DNA of 64,000 nucleotides from Eledone cirrhosa (taxonomy: Eukaryota). Position numbers and translations under genes: made by a program. The notes below the pieces were generated by a model that saw only the letters and a program-made list of their open reading frames with translations, made no database searches and was not told the origin of the DNA. The stretch covers positions 40,734,001 to 40,798,000 of the forward strand of contig OZ024755.1 in the NCBI GenBank assembly GCA_964016885.1, written 5' to 3'. This document shows, in pieces, positions 44,021 to 57,800 of this stretch (position 1 is its first letter; each line of letters begins with the position of its first letter).

Positions 44021-47000
44021 ATGAAAGACACTGTCTATGTCATTAACCCCTCCATTACCATATTTCTAATGAAAGACACTGTATATGTCATTAACCCTTT
44101 CCTTACCATATTTCTAATGAAAGACACTGCCTATGTCATTAACCCTTCCATTACCATATTTCTAATCAAAGACACTGTATATATGTCATTAACCCTTCCA
44201 TTACCAGATTTCTAGTGAAAGACACTGTATATGTCATTAACCCTTCCATTACCATATTTCTAATGAAAGACACCGTCTATGTCATTAACCCTTCCATTAC
44301 CATATTTCTAATGAAAGACACCGTCTATGTCTTTAACCCTTCCATTACCATATTTCTAATGAAAGACACTGTATATGTCATTAACCCTTCCATTACCAGA
44401 TTTCTAATGAAAGACACTGTCTATGTCATTAACCCTTCCATTACCAGATTTCTAATGAAAGACACTGTCTATGTCATTAACCCTTCCATTACCATATTTC
44501 TAATGAAAGACACCGTCTATGTCTTTAACCCTTCCATTACCATATTTCTAATGAAAGACACCGTCTAGGTCATTAACCCCTCCATTACCATATTTCTAAT
44601 GAAAGACACTGTCTAGTCATTAACCCTTTTATTACCATATTTCTAATGAAAGACACTGTCTATGTCATTAACCCTTCCATTACCATATTTCTAATGAAAG
44701 ACACCGTCTATGTCTTTAACCCTTCCATTACCATATTTCTAATGAAAGACACTGTATATGTCATTAACCCTTCCATTACCATATTTCTAATGAAAGACAC
44801 TGTATATGTCATTAACCCTTCCATTACCAGATTTCTAATGAAAGACACCGTCTATGTCATTAACCCTTCCATTACCATATTTCTAATGAAAGACACCGTC
44901 TATGTCTTTAACCCTTCCATTACCATATTTCTAATGAAAGACACCGTCTAGGTCATTAACCCCTCCATTACCATATTTCTAATGAAAGACACTGTCTAGT
45001 CATTAACCCTTTTATTACCATATTTCTAATGAAAGACACTGTCTATGTCATTAACCCTTTCATTACCAGATTTCTAATGAAAGACACTGTATATGTCATT
45101 AACCCTTCCATTACCAGATTTCTAATGAAAGACACCGTCTATGTCATTAACCCTTCCATTACCAGATTTCTAATGAAAGACACTGTCTATGTCATTAACC
45201 CTTCCATTACCAGATTTCTAATGAAAGACACTGTATATGTCATTAACCCTTCCATTACCAGATTTCTAATGAAAGACACCGTCTATGTCATTAACCCTTC
45301 CATTACCAGATTTCTAATGAAAGACACCGTCTATGTCATTAACCCTTCCATTACCAGATTTCTAATGAAAGACACTGTATATGTCATTAACCCTTCCATT
45401 ACCAGATTTCTAATGAAAGACACCGTGTATGTCATTAACCCTTCCATTACCAGATTTCTAATGAAAGACACTGTATATGTCATTAACCCTTCCATTACCA
45501 GATTTCTAATGAAAGACACCGTCTATGTCATTAACCCTTCCATTACCAGATTTCTAATGAAAGACACTGTCTATGTCATTAACCCTTCCATTACCAGATT
45601 TCTAATGAAAGACACTGTATATGTCATTAACCCTTCCATTACCAGATTTCTAATGAAAGACACCGTCTATGTCATTAACCCTTCCATTACCAGATTTCTA
45701 ATGAAAGACACTGTCTATGTCATTAACCCTTCCATTACCAGATTTCTAATGAAAGACACCGTCTATGTCATTAACCCTTCCATTACCAGATTTCTAATGA
45801 AAGACACTGTCTATGTCATTAACCCTTCCATTACCAGATTTCTAATGAAAGACACTGTATATGTCATTAACCCTTCCATTACCAGATTTCTAATGAAAGA
45901 CACTGTCTATGTCATTAACCCTTCCATTACCAGATTTCTAATGAAAGACACTGTCTATGTCATTAACCCTTCCATTACCAGATTTCTAATGAAAGACACC
46001 GTCTATGTCATTAACCCTTCCATTACCAGATTTCTAATGAAAGACACTGTCTATGTCATTAACCCTTCCATTACCAGATTTCTAATGAAAGACACCGTCT
46101 ATGTCATTAAACCTTCCATTACCAGATTTCTAATGAAAGACACTGTCTATGTCATTAACCCTTCCATTACCAGATTTCTAATGAAAGACACTGTCTATGT
46201 CATTAACCCTTCCATTACCAGATTTCTAATGAAAGACACCGTCTATGTCATTAACCCTTCCATTAACAGATTTCTAATGAAAGACACTGTCTATGTCATT
46301 AACCCTTCCATTACCAGATTTCTAATGAAAGACACTGTCTATGTCATTAACCCCTCCATTACCATATTTCTAATGAAAGACACTGTATATGTCATTAACC
46401 CTTTCCTTACCATATTTCTAATGAAAGACACTGCCTATGTCATTAACCCTTCCATTACCATATTTCTAATGAAAGACACTGTATATATGTCATTAACCCT
46501 TCCATTACCAGATTTCTAGTGAAAGACACTGTATATGTCATTAACCCTTCCATTACCATATTTCTAATGAACGACACCGTCTATGTCATTAACCCTTCCA
46601 TTACCATATTTCTAATGAAAGACACCGTCTATGTCTTTAACCCTTCCATTACCATATTTCTAATGAAAGACACTGTATATGTCATTAACCCTTCCATTAC
46701 CAGATTTCTAATGAAAGACACTGTCTATGTCATTAACCCTTCCATTACCAGATTTCTAATGAAAGACACTGTCTATGTCATTAACCCTTCCATTACCATA
46801 TTTCTAATGAAAGACACCGTCTATGTCTTTAACCCTTCCATTACCATATTTCTAATGAAAGACACCGTCTAGGTCATTAACCCCTCCATTACCATATTTC
46901 TAATGAAAGACACTGTCTAGTCATTAACCCTTTTATTACCATATTTCTAATGAAAGACACTGTCTATGTCATTAACCCTTCCATTACCATATTTCTAATG

Positions 47001-47332
47001 AAAGACACCGTCTATGTCTTTAACCCTTCCATTACCATATTTCTAATGAAAGACACTGTATATGTCATTAACCCTTCCATTACCATATTTCTAATGAAAG
47101 ACACTGTATATGTCATTAACCCTTCCATTACCAGATTTCTAATGAAAGACACCGTCTATGTCATTAACCCTTCCATTACCATATTTCTAATGAAAGACAC
47201 CGTCTATGTCTTTAACCCTTCCATTACCATATTTCTAATGAAAGACACCGTCTAGGTCATTAACCCCTCCATTACCATATTTCTAATGAAAGACACTGTC
47301 TAGTCATTAACCCTTTTATTACCATATTTCTA
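42725..47332. repeat. Tandem duplication of a 48-monomer unit (2304 bp)
   Basis: Landmark pairs 43027/45331, 44215/46519, 44568/46872 and 44951/47255 all differ by 2304. Both copies share the rare variants accgtgtat and attaaacct. Confidence 0.93.
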
Positions 47333-50300
47333 ATGAAAGACACTGTCTATGTCATTAACCCTTCCATTACCATATTTCTAATGAAAGACACCGTCTATGT
47401 CTTTAACCCTTCCATTACCATATTTCTAATGAAAGACACCGTCTAGGTCATTAACCCCTCCATTACCATATTTCTAATGAAAGACACTGTCTAGTCATTA
47501 ACCCTTTTATTACCATATTTCTAATGAAAGACACTGTCTATGTCATTAACCCTTCCATTACCATATTTCTAATAAAAGACACCGTCTATGTCTTTAACCT
47601 TTTCATTACTATATTTCTAATGAAAGACACTGTCTATGTCATTAACCCTTCCATTACCATATTTCTAATGAAAGACACCGTCTATGTCTTTAACCCTTCC
47701 ATTACCATATTTCTAATGAAAGACACCGTCTAGGTCATTAACCCCTCCATTACCATATTTCTAATGAAAGACACTGTCTAGTCATTAACCCTTTTATTAC
47801 CATATTTCTAATGAAAGACACTGTCTATGTCATTAACCCTTCCATTACCATATTTCTAATAAAAGACACCGTCTATGTCTTTAACCTTTTCATTACCATA
47901 TTTCTAATGAAAGACACTGTCTATGTCTTTAATCCTTTCATTACCATATTGCTAATGAAAGACACTATCAATGTCTTTAACCCTTTCATTACCATATTTC
48001 TAATAAAAGACACCGTCTATGTCATTAACCCTTTCATTACCATATTTCTAATGAAAGACACTGTCTATGTCATTAACCCTTTCATTACCATATTTCTAAT
48101 AAAAGACACCGTCTATGTCTTTAACCCTTTCATTACCATATTTCTAATAAAAGACACCGTCTATGTCATTAACCCTTTCATTACCAGATTTCTAATGAAA
48201 GACACTGTCTATGTCATTAACCCTTCCATTACCAGATTTCTAATGAAAGACACTGTATATGTCATTAACCCTTCCATTACCAGATTTCTAATGAAAGACA
48301 CTGTCTATGTCATTAACCCTTCCATTACCAGATTTCTAATGAAAGACACTGTCTATGTCATTAACCCTTCCATTACCAGATTTCTAATGAAAGACACCGT
48401 CTATGTCATTAACCCTTCCATTACCAGATTTCTAATGAAAGACACTGTCTATGTCATTAACCCTTCCATTACCAGATTTCTAATGAAAGACACCGTCTAT
48501 GTCATTAACCCTTCCATTACCAGATTTCTAATGAAAGACACTGTCTATGTCATTAACCCTTCCATTACCAGATTTCTAATGAAAGACACTGTCTATGTCA
48601 TTAACCCCTCCATTACCATATTTCTAATGAAAGACACTGTATATGTCATTAACCCTTTCCTTACCATATTTCTAATGAAAGACACTGCCTATGTCATTAA
48701 CCCTTTCATTACCATATTTCTAATGAAAGACACAGCCTATGTCATTAACCCTTTCATTACCATATTTCTAATGAAAGACACTGCCTATGTCATTAACCCT
48801 TCCATTACCATATTTCTAATGAAAGACACTGCCTATGTCATTAACCCTTTCATTACCATATTTCTAATGAAAGACACTGTCTATGTCTTTAACCCTTTCA
48901 TTACCATATTTCTAATGAAAGACACTGCCTATGTCATTAACCCTTTCATTACCATATTTCTAATGAAAGACACTGTCTATGTCTTTAACCCTTTCATTAC
49001 CATATTTCTAATGAAAGACACTGTCTATATCTTTAACCCTTTCATTACCATATTTCTAATGAAAGACACAGCCTATGTCATTAACCCTTTCATTACCATA
49101 TTTCTAATGAAAGACTCCGTCTATGTCTTTAACCCTTCCATTACCATATTTCTATTGAAAGACACTGTCTATGTCATTAACCCTTCCATTACCAGATTTC
49201 TAATGAAAGACACTGTCTATGTCTTTAACCCTTTCATTACCATATATCTAATGAAAGACAATGTCTATGTCATTAACCCTTCCATTACCAGATTTCTAAT
49301 GAAAGACACTGTCTATGTCATTAACCCTTTCATTACCATATATCTAATAAAAGACACTGTCTATGTCTTTAACCCTTTCATTACCATATTTCTAATGAAA
49401 AACACCGTCCATGTCATTAACCCTTTCATTACCATATTTCTAATGAAAAACACCGTCCATGTCATTAACCCTTTCATTACCATATTTCTAATAAAAGACA
49501 CTGTCTATGTCTTTAACCCATTCATTACCATATTTCTAATGAAAAACACCGTCCATGTCATTAACCCTTTCATTACCATATTTCTAATAAAAGACACTGT
49601 CTATGTCTTTAACCCTTTCATTACCATATTTCTAATGAAAAACACCGTCCATGTCATTAACCCTTTCATTACCATATTTCTAATAAAAGACACCGTCTAT
49701 GTCTTTAACCCTTCCATTTCCATATTTCTAATGAAAAACACCGTCTATGTCATTAACCCTTCCATTACCATATTTCTAATGAAAGACACTGTCTATGTCA
49801 TTAACCCTTTCATTACCAGATTTCTAATGAAAGACACTGTCTATGTCATTAACCCTTCCATTACCATATTTCTATTGAAAGACACTGCCTATGTCATTAA
49901 CCTTTTCATTACCATATTTCTAATAAAAGACACTGTCTATGTCTTTAACCCTTTCATTACCAGATTTCTAATGAAATACACCGTCTATGTCTTTAACACT
50001 TTCATTACCATATTTCTAATGAAAGACACCGTCTATGTCATTAACCCTTCCATTTCCGGATTTCTAATGAAAGACACTGTATATGTCATTAACCCTTCCA
50101 TTACCATATTTCTAATGAAAGACACCGTCTACGTCATTAACCCTTACGTTACCATATTTCTAATGAAAGACACCGTTTATGTCTTTAACCCTTCCATCAA
50201 CATATTTCTAATGAAAGACACTGTCTATGTCATTAACCCTTCCATTACCATATTTCTAATGAAAGACACTGTATATATGTCATTAACCCTTCCATTACCA

Positions 50301-51899
50301 GATTTCTAGTGAAAGACACTGTATATGTCATTAACCCTTCCATTACCATATTTCTAATGAAAGACACCGTCTATGTCATTAACCCTTCCATTACCATATT
50401 TCTAATGAAAGACACCGTCTATGTCTTTAACCCTTCCATTACCATATTTCTAATGAAAGACACTGTATATATCATTAACCCTTCCATTACCATATTTCTA
50501 ATGAAAGACACTGTATATGTCATTAACCCTTCCATTACCAGATTTCTAATGAAAGACACCGTCTATGTCATTAACCCTTCCATTACCATATTTCTAATGA
50601 AAGACACCGTCTATGTCTTTAACCCTTCCATTACCATATTTCTAATGAAAGACACCGTCTAGGTCATTAACCCCTCCATTACCATGTTTCTAATGAAAGA
50701 CACTGTCTAGTCATTAACCCTTTTATTACCATATTTCTAATGAAAGACACTGTCTATGTCATTAACCCTTCCATTACCATATTTCTAATGAAAGACACCG
50801 TCTATGTCTTTAACCCTTCCATTACCATATTTCTAATGAAAGACACCGTCTAGGTCATTAACCCCTCCATTACCATATTTCTAATGAAAGACACTGTCTA
50901 GTCATTAACCCTTTTATTACCATATTTCTAATGAAAGACACTGTCTATGTCATTAACCCTTCCATTACCATATTTCTAATAAAAGACACCGTCTATGTCT
51001 TTAACCTTTTCATTACTATATTTCTAATGAAAGACACTGTCTATGTCATTAACCCTTCCATTACCATATTTCTAATGAAAGACACCGTCTATGTCTTTAA
51101 CCCTTCCATTACCATATTTCTAATGAAAGACACCGTCTAGGTCATTAACCCCTCCATTACCATATTTCTAATGAAAGACACTGTCTAGTCATTAACCCTT
51201 TTATTACCATATTTCTAATGAAAGACACTGTCTATGTCATTAACCCTTCCATTACCATATTTCTAATAAAAGACACCGTCTATGTCTTTAACCTTTTCAT
51301 TACCATATTTCTAATGAAAGACACTGTCTATGTCTTTAATCCTTTCATTACCATATTTCTAATAAAAGACACCGTCTATGTCTTTAACACTTTCATTACC
51401 ATATTTCTAATGAAAGACACCGTCTATGTCATTAACCCTTTCATTACCATATTGCTAATGAAAGACAATATCTATGTCTTTAACCCTTTCATTACCATAT
51501 TTCTAATAAAAGACACCGTCTATGTCATTAACCCTTTCATTACCATATTTCTAATGAAAGACACTGTCTATGTCATTAACCCTTTCATTACCATATTTCT
51601 AATAAAAGACACCGTCTATGTCATTAACCCTTTCATTACCATATTGCTAATGAAAGACACTGTCTATGTCATTAACCCTTTCATTACCAGATTTCTAATG
51701 AAAGACACTGTATATGTCATTAACCCTTCCATTACCAGATTTCTAATGAAAGACACCGTCTATGTCATTAACCCTTCCATTACCAGATTTCTAATGAAAG
51801 ACACTGTCTATGTCATTAACCCTTCCATTACCAGATTTCTAATGAAAGACACTGTATATGTCATTAACCCTTCCATTACCAGATTTCTAATGAAAGACA

Positions 51900-54800
51900 C
51901 CGTCTATGTCATTAACCCTTCCATTACCAGATTTCTAATGAAAGACACCGTCTATGTCATTAACCCTTCCATTACCAGATTTCTAATGAAAGACACTGTA
52001 TATGTCATTAACCCTTCCATTACCAGATTTCTAATGAAAGACACCGTCTATGTCATTAACCCTTCCATTACCAGATTTCTAATGAAAGACACTGTATATG
52101 TCATTAACCCTTCCATTACCAGATTTCTAATGAAAGACACCGTCTATGTCATTAACCCTTCCATTACCAGATTTCTAATGAAAGACACTGTCTATGTCAT
52201 TAACCCTTCCATTACCAGATTTCTAATGAAAGACACTGTATATGTCATTAACCCTTCCATTACCAGATTTCTAATGAAAGACACCGTCTATGTCATTAAC
52301 CCTTCCATTACCAGATTTCTAATGAAAGACACTGTCTATGTCATTAACCCTTCCATTACCAGATTTCTAATGAAAGACACCGTCTATGTCATTAACCCTT
52401 CCATTACCAGATTTCTAATGAAAGACACTGTCTATGTCATTAACCCTTCCATTACCAGATTTCTAATGAAAGACACTGTATATGTCATTAACCCTTCCAT
52501 TACCAGATTTCTAATGAAAGACACTGTCTATGTCATTAACCCTTCCATTACCAGATTTCTAATGAAAGACACTGTCTATGTCATTAACCCTTCCATTACC
52601 AGATTTCTAATGAAAGACACCGTCTATGTCATTAACCCTTCCATTACCAGATTTCTAATGAAAGACACTGTCTATGTCATTAACCCTTCCATTACCAGAT
52701 TTCTAATGAAAGACACCGTCTATGTCATTAACCCTTCCATTACCAGATTTCTAATGAAAGACACTGTCTATGTCATTAACCCTTCCATTACCAGATTTCT
52801 AATGAAAGACACTGTCTATGTCATTAACCCCTCCATTACCATATTTCTAATGAAAGACACTGTATATGTCATTAACCCTTTCCTTACCATATTTCTAATG
52901 AAAGACACTGCCTATGTCATTAACCCTTTCATTACCATATTTCTAATGAAAGACACAGCCTATGTCATTAACCCTTTCATTACCATATTTCTAATGAAAG
53001 ACACTGCCTATGTCATTAACTCTTCCATTACCATATTTCTAATGAAAGACACTGCCTATGTCATTAACCCTTTCATTACCATATTTCTAATGAAAGACAC
53101 TGCCTATGTCATTAACCCTTTCATTACCATATTTCTAATGAAAGACACTGTCTATGTCTTTAACCCTTTCATTACCATATTTCTAATGAAAGACACTGCC
53201 TATGTCATTAACCCTTTCATTACCATATTTCTAATGAAAGACACTGTCTATGTCTTTAACCCTTTCATTACCATATTTCTACTGAAAGACACTGTCTATG
53301 TCTTTAACCCTTTCATTACCATATTTCTAATGAAAGACACAGCCTATGTCATTAACCCTTTCATTACCATATTTCTAATGAAAGACACCGTCTATGTCTT
53401 TAACCCTTCCATTACCATATTTCTATTGAAAGACACTGTCTATGTCATTAACCCTTCCATTACCAGATTTCTAATGAAAGACACTGTCTATGTCTTTAAC
53501 CCTTTCATTACCATATATCTAATGAAAGACACTGTCTATGTCATTAACCCTTCCATTACCAGATTTCTAATGAAAGACACTGTCTATGTCATTAACCCTT
53601 TCATTACCATATATCTAATAAAAGACACTGTCTATGTCTTTAACCCTTTCATTACCATATTTCTAATGAAAAACACCGTCCATGTCATTAACCCTTTCAT
53701 TACCATATTTCTAATGAAAAACACCGTCCATGTCATTAACCCTTTCATTACCATATTTCTAATAAAAGACACTGTCTATGTCTTTAACCCTTTCATTACC
53801 ATATTTCTAATGAAAAACACCGTCCATGTCATTAACCCTTTCATTACCATATTTCTAATAAAAGACACTGTCTATGTCTTTAACCCTTTCATTACCATAT
53901 TTCTAATGAAAAACACCGTCCATGTCATTAACCCTTTCATTACCATATTTCTAATAAAAGACACCGTCTATGTCTTTAACCCTTCCATTACCATATTTCT
54001 AATGAAAAACACCGTCTATGTCATTAACCCTTCCATTACCATATTTCTAATGAAAGACACTGTCTATGTCATTAACCCTTTCATTACCAGATTTCTAATG
54101 AAAGACACTGTCTATGTCATTAACCCTTCCATTACCATATTTCTATTGAAAGACACTGCCTATGTCATTAACCTTTTCATTACCATATTTCTAATAAAAG
54201 ACACTGTCTATGTCTTTAACCCTTTCATTACCATATTTCTAATGAAATACACCGTCTATGTCTTTAACACTTTCATTACCATATTTCTAATGAAAGACAC
54301 CGTCTATGTCATTAACCCTTCCATTTCCGGATTTCTAATGAAAGACACTGTATATGTCATTAACCCTTCCATTACCATATTTCTAATGAAAGACACCGTC
54401 TACGTCATTAACCCTTACGTTACCATATTTCTAATGAAAGACACCGTTTATGTCTTTAACCCTTCCATCAACATATTTCTAATGTAAGACACTGTCTATG
54501 TCATTAACCCTTCCATTACCATATTTCTAATGAAAGACACTGTATATATGTCATTAACCCTTCCATTACCAGATTTCTAGTGAAAGACACTGTATATGTC
54601 ATTAACCCTTCCATTACCATATTTCTAATGAAAGACACCGTCTATGTCATTAACCCTTCCATTACCATATTTCTAATGAAAGACACCGTCTATGTCTTTA
54701 ACCCTTCCATTACCATATTTCTAATGAAAGACACTGTATATATCATTAACCCTTCCATTACCATATTTCTAATGAAAGACACTGTATATGTCATTAACCC

Positions 54801-57800
54801 TTCCATTACCAGATTTCTAATGAAAGACACCGTCTATGTCATTAACCCTTCCATTACCATATTTCTAATGAAAGACACCGTCTATGTCTTTAACCCTTCC
54901 ATTACCATATTTCTAATGAAAGACACCGTCTAGGTCATTAACCCCTCCATTACCATATTTCTAATGAAAGACACTGTCTAGTCATTAACCCTTTTATTAC
55001 CATATTTCTAATGAAAGACACTGTCTATATCATTAACCCTTCCATTACCATATTTCTAATGAAAGACACTGTCTATGTCATTAACCTTTTCATTACTATA
55101 TTTCTAATGAAAGACACCGTCTATGTCTTTAACACTTTCATTACCATATTTCTAATGAAAGACACCGTCTATGTCATTAATCCTTTCATTACCAGATTTC
55201 TAATGAAAGACACCGTCTATGTCATTAACCCTTCCATTACCAGATTTCTAATGAAAGACACTGTATATGTCATTAACCCTTCCATTACCAGATTTCTAAT
55301 GAAAGACACCGTCTATGTCATTAACCCTTCCATTACCAGATTTCTAATGAAAGACACTGTATATGTCATTAACCCTTCCATTACCAGATTTCTAATGAAA
55401 GACACCGTCTATGTCATTAACCCTTCCATTACCAGATTTCTAATGAAAGACACTGTATATGTCATTAACCCTTCCATTACCAGATTTCTAATGAAAGACA
55501 CCGTCTATGTCATTAACCCTTCCATTACCAGATTTCTAATGAAAGACACTGTCTATGTCATTAACCCTTCCATTACCAGATTTCTAATGAAAGACACTGT
55601 ATATGTCATTAACCCTTCCATTACCAGATTTCTAATGAAAGACACCGTCTATGTCATTAACCCTTCCATTACCAGATTTCTAATGAAAGACACTGTCTAT
55701 GTCATTAACCCTTCCATTACCAGATTTCTAATGAAAGACACCGTCTATGTCATTAACCCTTCCATTACCAGATTTCTAATGAAAGACACTGTCTATGTCA
55801 TTAACCCTTCCATTACCAGATTTCTAATGAAAGACACTGTATATGTCATTAACCCTTCCATTACCAGATTTCTAATGAAAGACACTGTCTATGTCATTAA
55901 CCCTTCCATTACCAGATTTCTAATGAAAGACACTGTCTATGTCATTAACCCTTCCATTACCAGATTTCTAATGAAAGACACCGTCTATGTCATTAACCCT
56001 TCCATTACCAGATTTCTAATGAAAGACACTGTCTATGTCATTAACCCTTCCATTACCAGATTTCTAATGAAAGACACCGTCTATGTCATTAACCCTTCCA
56101 TTACCAGATTTCTAATGAAAGACACTGTCTATGTCATTAACCCTTCCATTACCAGATTTCTAATGAAAGACACTGTCTATGTCATTAACCCCTCCATTAC
56201 CATATTTCTAATGAAAGACACTGTATATGTCATTAACCCTTTCCTTACCATATTTCTAATGAAAGACACTGCCTATGTCATTAACCCTTTCATTACCATA
56301 TTTCTAATGAAAGACACAGCCTATGTCATTAACCCTTTCATTACCATATTTCTAATGAAAGACACTGCCTATGTCATTAACTCTTCCATTACCATATTTC
56401 TAATGAAAGACACTGCCTATGTCATTAACCCTTTCATTACCATATTTCTAATGAAAGACACTGCCTATGTCATTAACCCTTTCATTACCATATTTCTAAT
56501 GAAAGACACTGTCTATGTCTTTAACCCTTTCATTACCATATTTCTAATGAAAGACACTGCCTATGTCATTAACCCTTTCATTACCATATTTCTAATGAAA
56601 GACACTGTCTATGTCTTTAACCCTTTCATTACCATATTTCTACTGAAAGACACTGTCTATGTCTTTAACCCTTTCATTACCATATTTCTAATGAAAGACA
56701 CAGCCTATGTCATTAACCCTTTCATTACCATATTTCTAATGAAAGACACCGTCTATGTCTTTAACCCTTCCATTACCATATTTCTATTGAAAGACACTGT
56801 CTATGTCATTAACCCTTCCATTACCAGATTTCTAATGAAAGACACTGTCTATGTCTTTAACCCTTTCATTACCATATATCTAATGAAAGACACTGTCTAT
56901 GTCATTAACCCTTCCATTACCAGATTTCTAATGAAAGACACTGTCTATGTCATTAACCCTTTCATTACCATATATCTAATAAAAGACACTGTCTATGTCT
57001 TTAACCCTTTCATTACCATATTTCTAATGAAAAACACCGTCCATGTCATTAACCCTTTCATTACCATATTTCTAATGAAAAACACCGTCCATGTCATTAA
57101 CCCTTTCATTACCATATTTCTAATAAAAGACACTGTCTATGTCTTTAACCCTTTCATTACCATATTTCTAATGAAAAACACCGTCCATGTCATTAACCCT
57201 TTCATTACCATATTTCTAATAAAAGACACTGTCTATGTCTTTAACCCTTTCATTACCATATTTCTAATGAAAAACACCGTCCATGTCATTAACCCTTTCA
57301 TTACCATATTTCTAATAAAAGACACCGTCTATGTCTTTAACCCTTCCATTACCATATTTCTAATGAAAAACACCGTCTATGTCATTAACCCTTCCATTAC
57401 CATATTTCTAATGAAAGACACTGTCTATGTCATTAACCCTTTCATTACCAGATTTCTAATGAAAGACACTGTCTATGTCATTAACCCTTCCATTACCATA
57501 TTTCTATTGAAAGACACTGCCTATGTCATTAACCTTTTCATTACCATATTTCTAATAAAAGACACTGTCTATGTCTTTAACCCTTTCATTACCATATTTC
57601 TAATGAAATACACCGTCTATGTCTTTAACACTTTCATTACCATATTTCTAATGAAAGACACCGTCTATGTCATTAACCCTTCCATTTCCGGATTTCTAAT
57701 GAAAGACACTGTATATGTCATTAACCCTTCCATTACCATATTTCTAATGAAAGACACCGTCTACGTCATTAACCCTTACGTTACCATATTTCTAATGAAA

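Noticed and set aside
43027-45519. Two 62-aa minus-strand ORFs (43027-43215 and 45331-45519)
   Set aside because: They arise where three consecutive monomers carry GTA/GTG, removing the antisense TAG. The second is the 2304-bp duplicate of the first.
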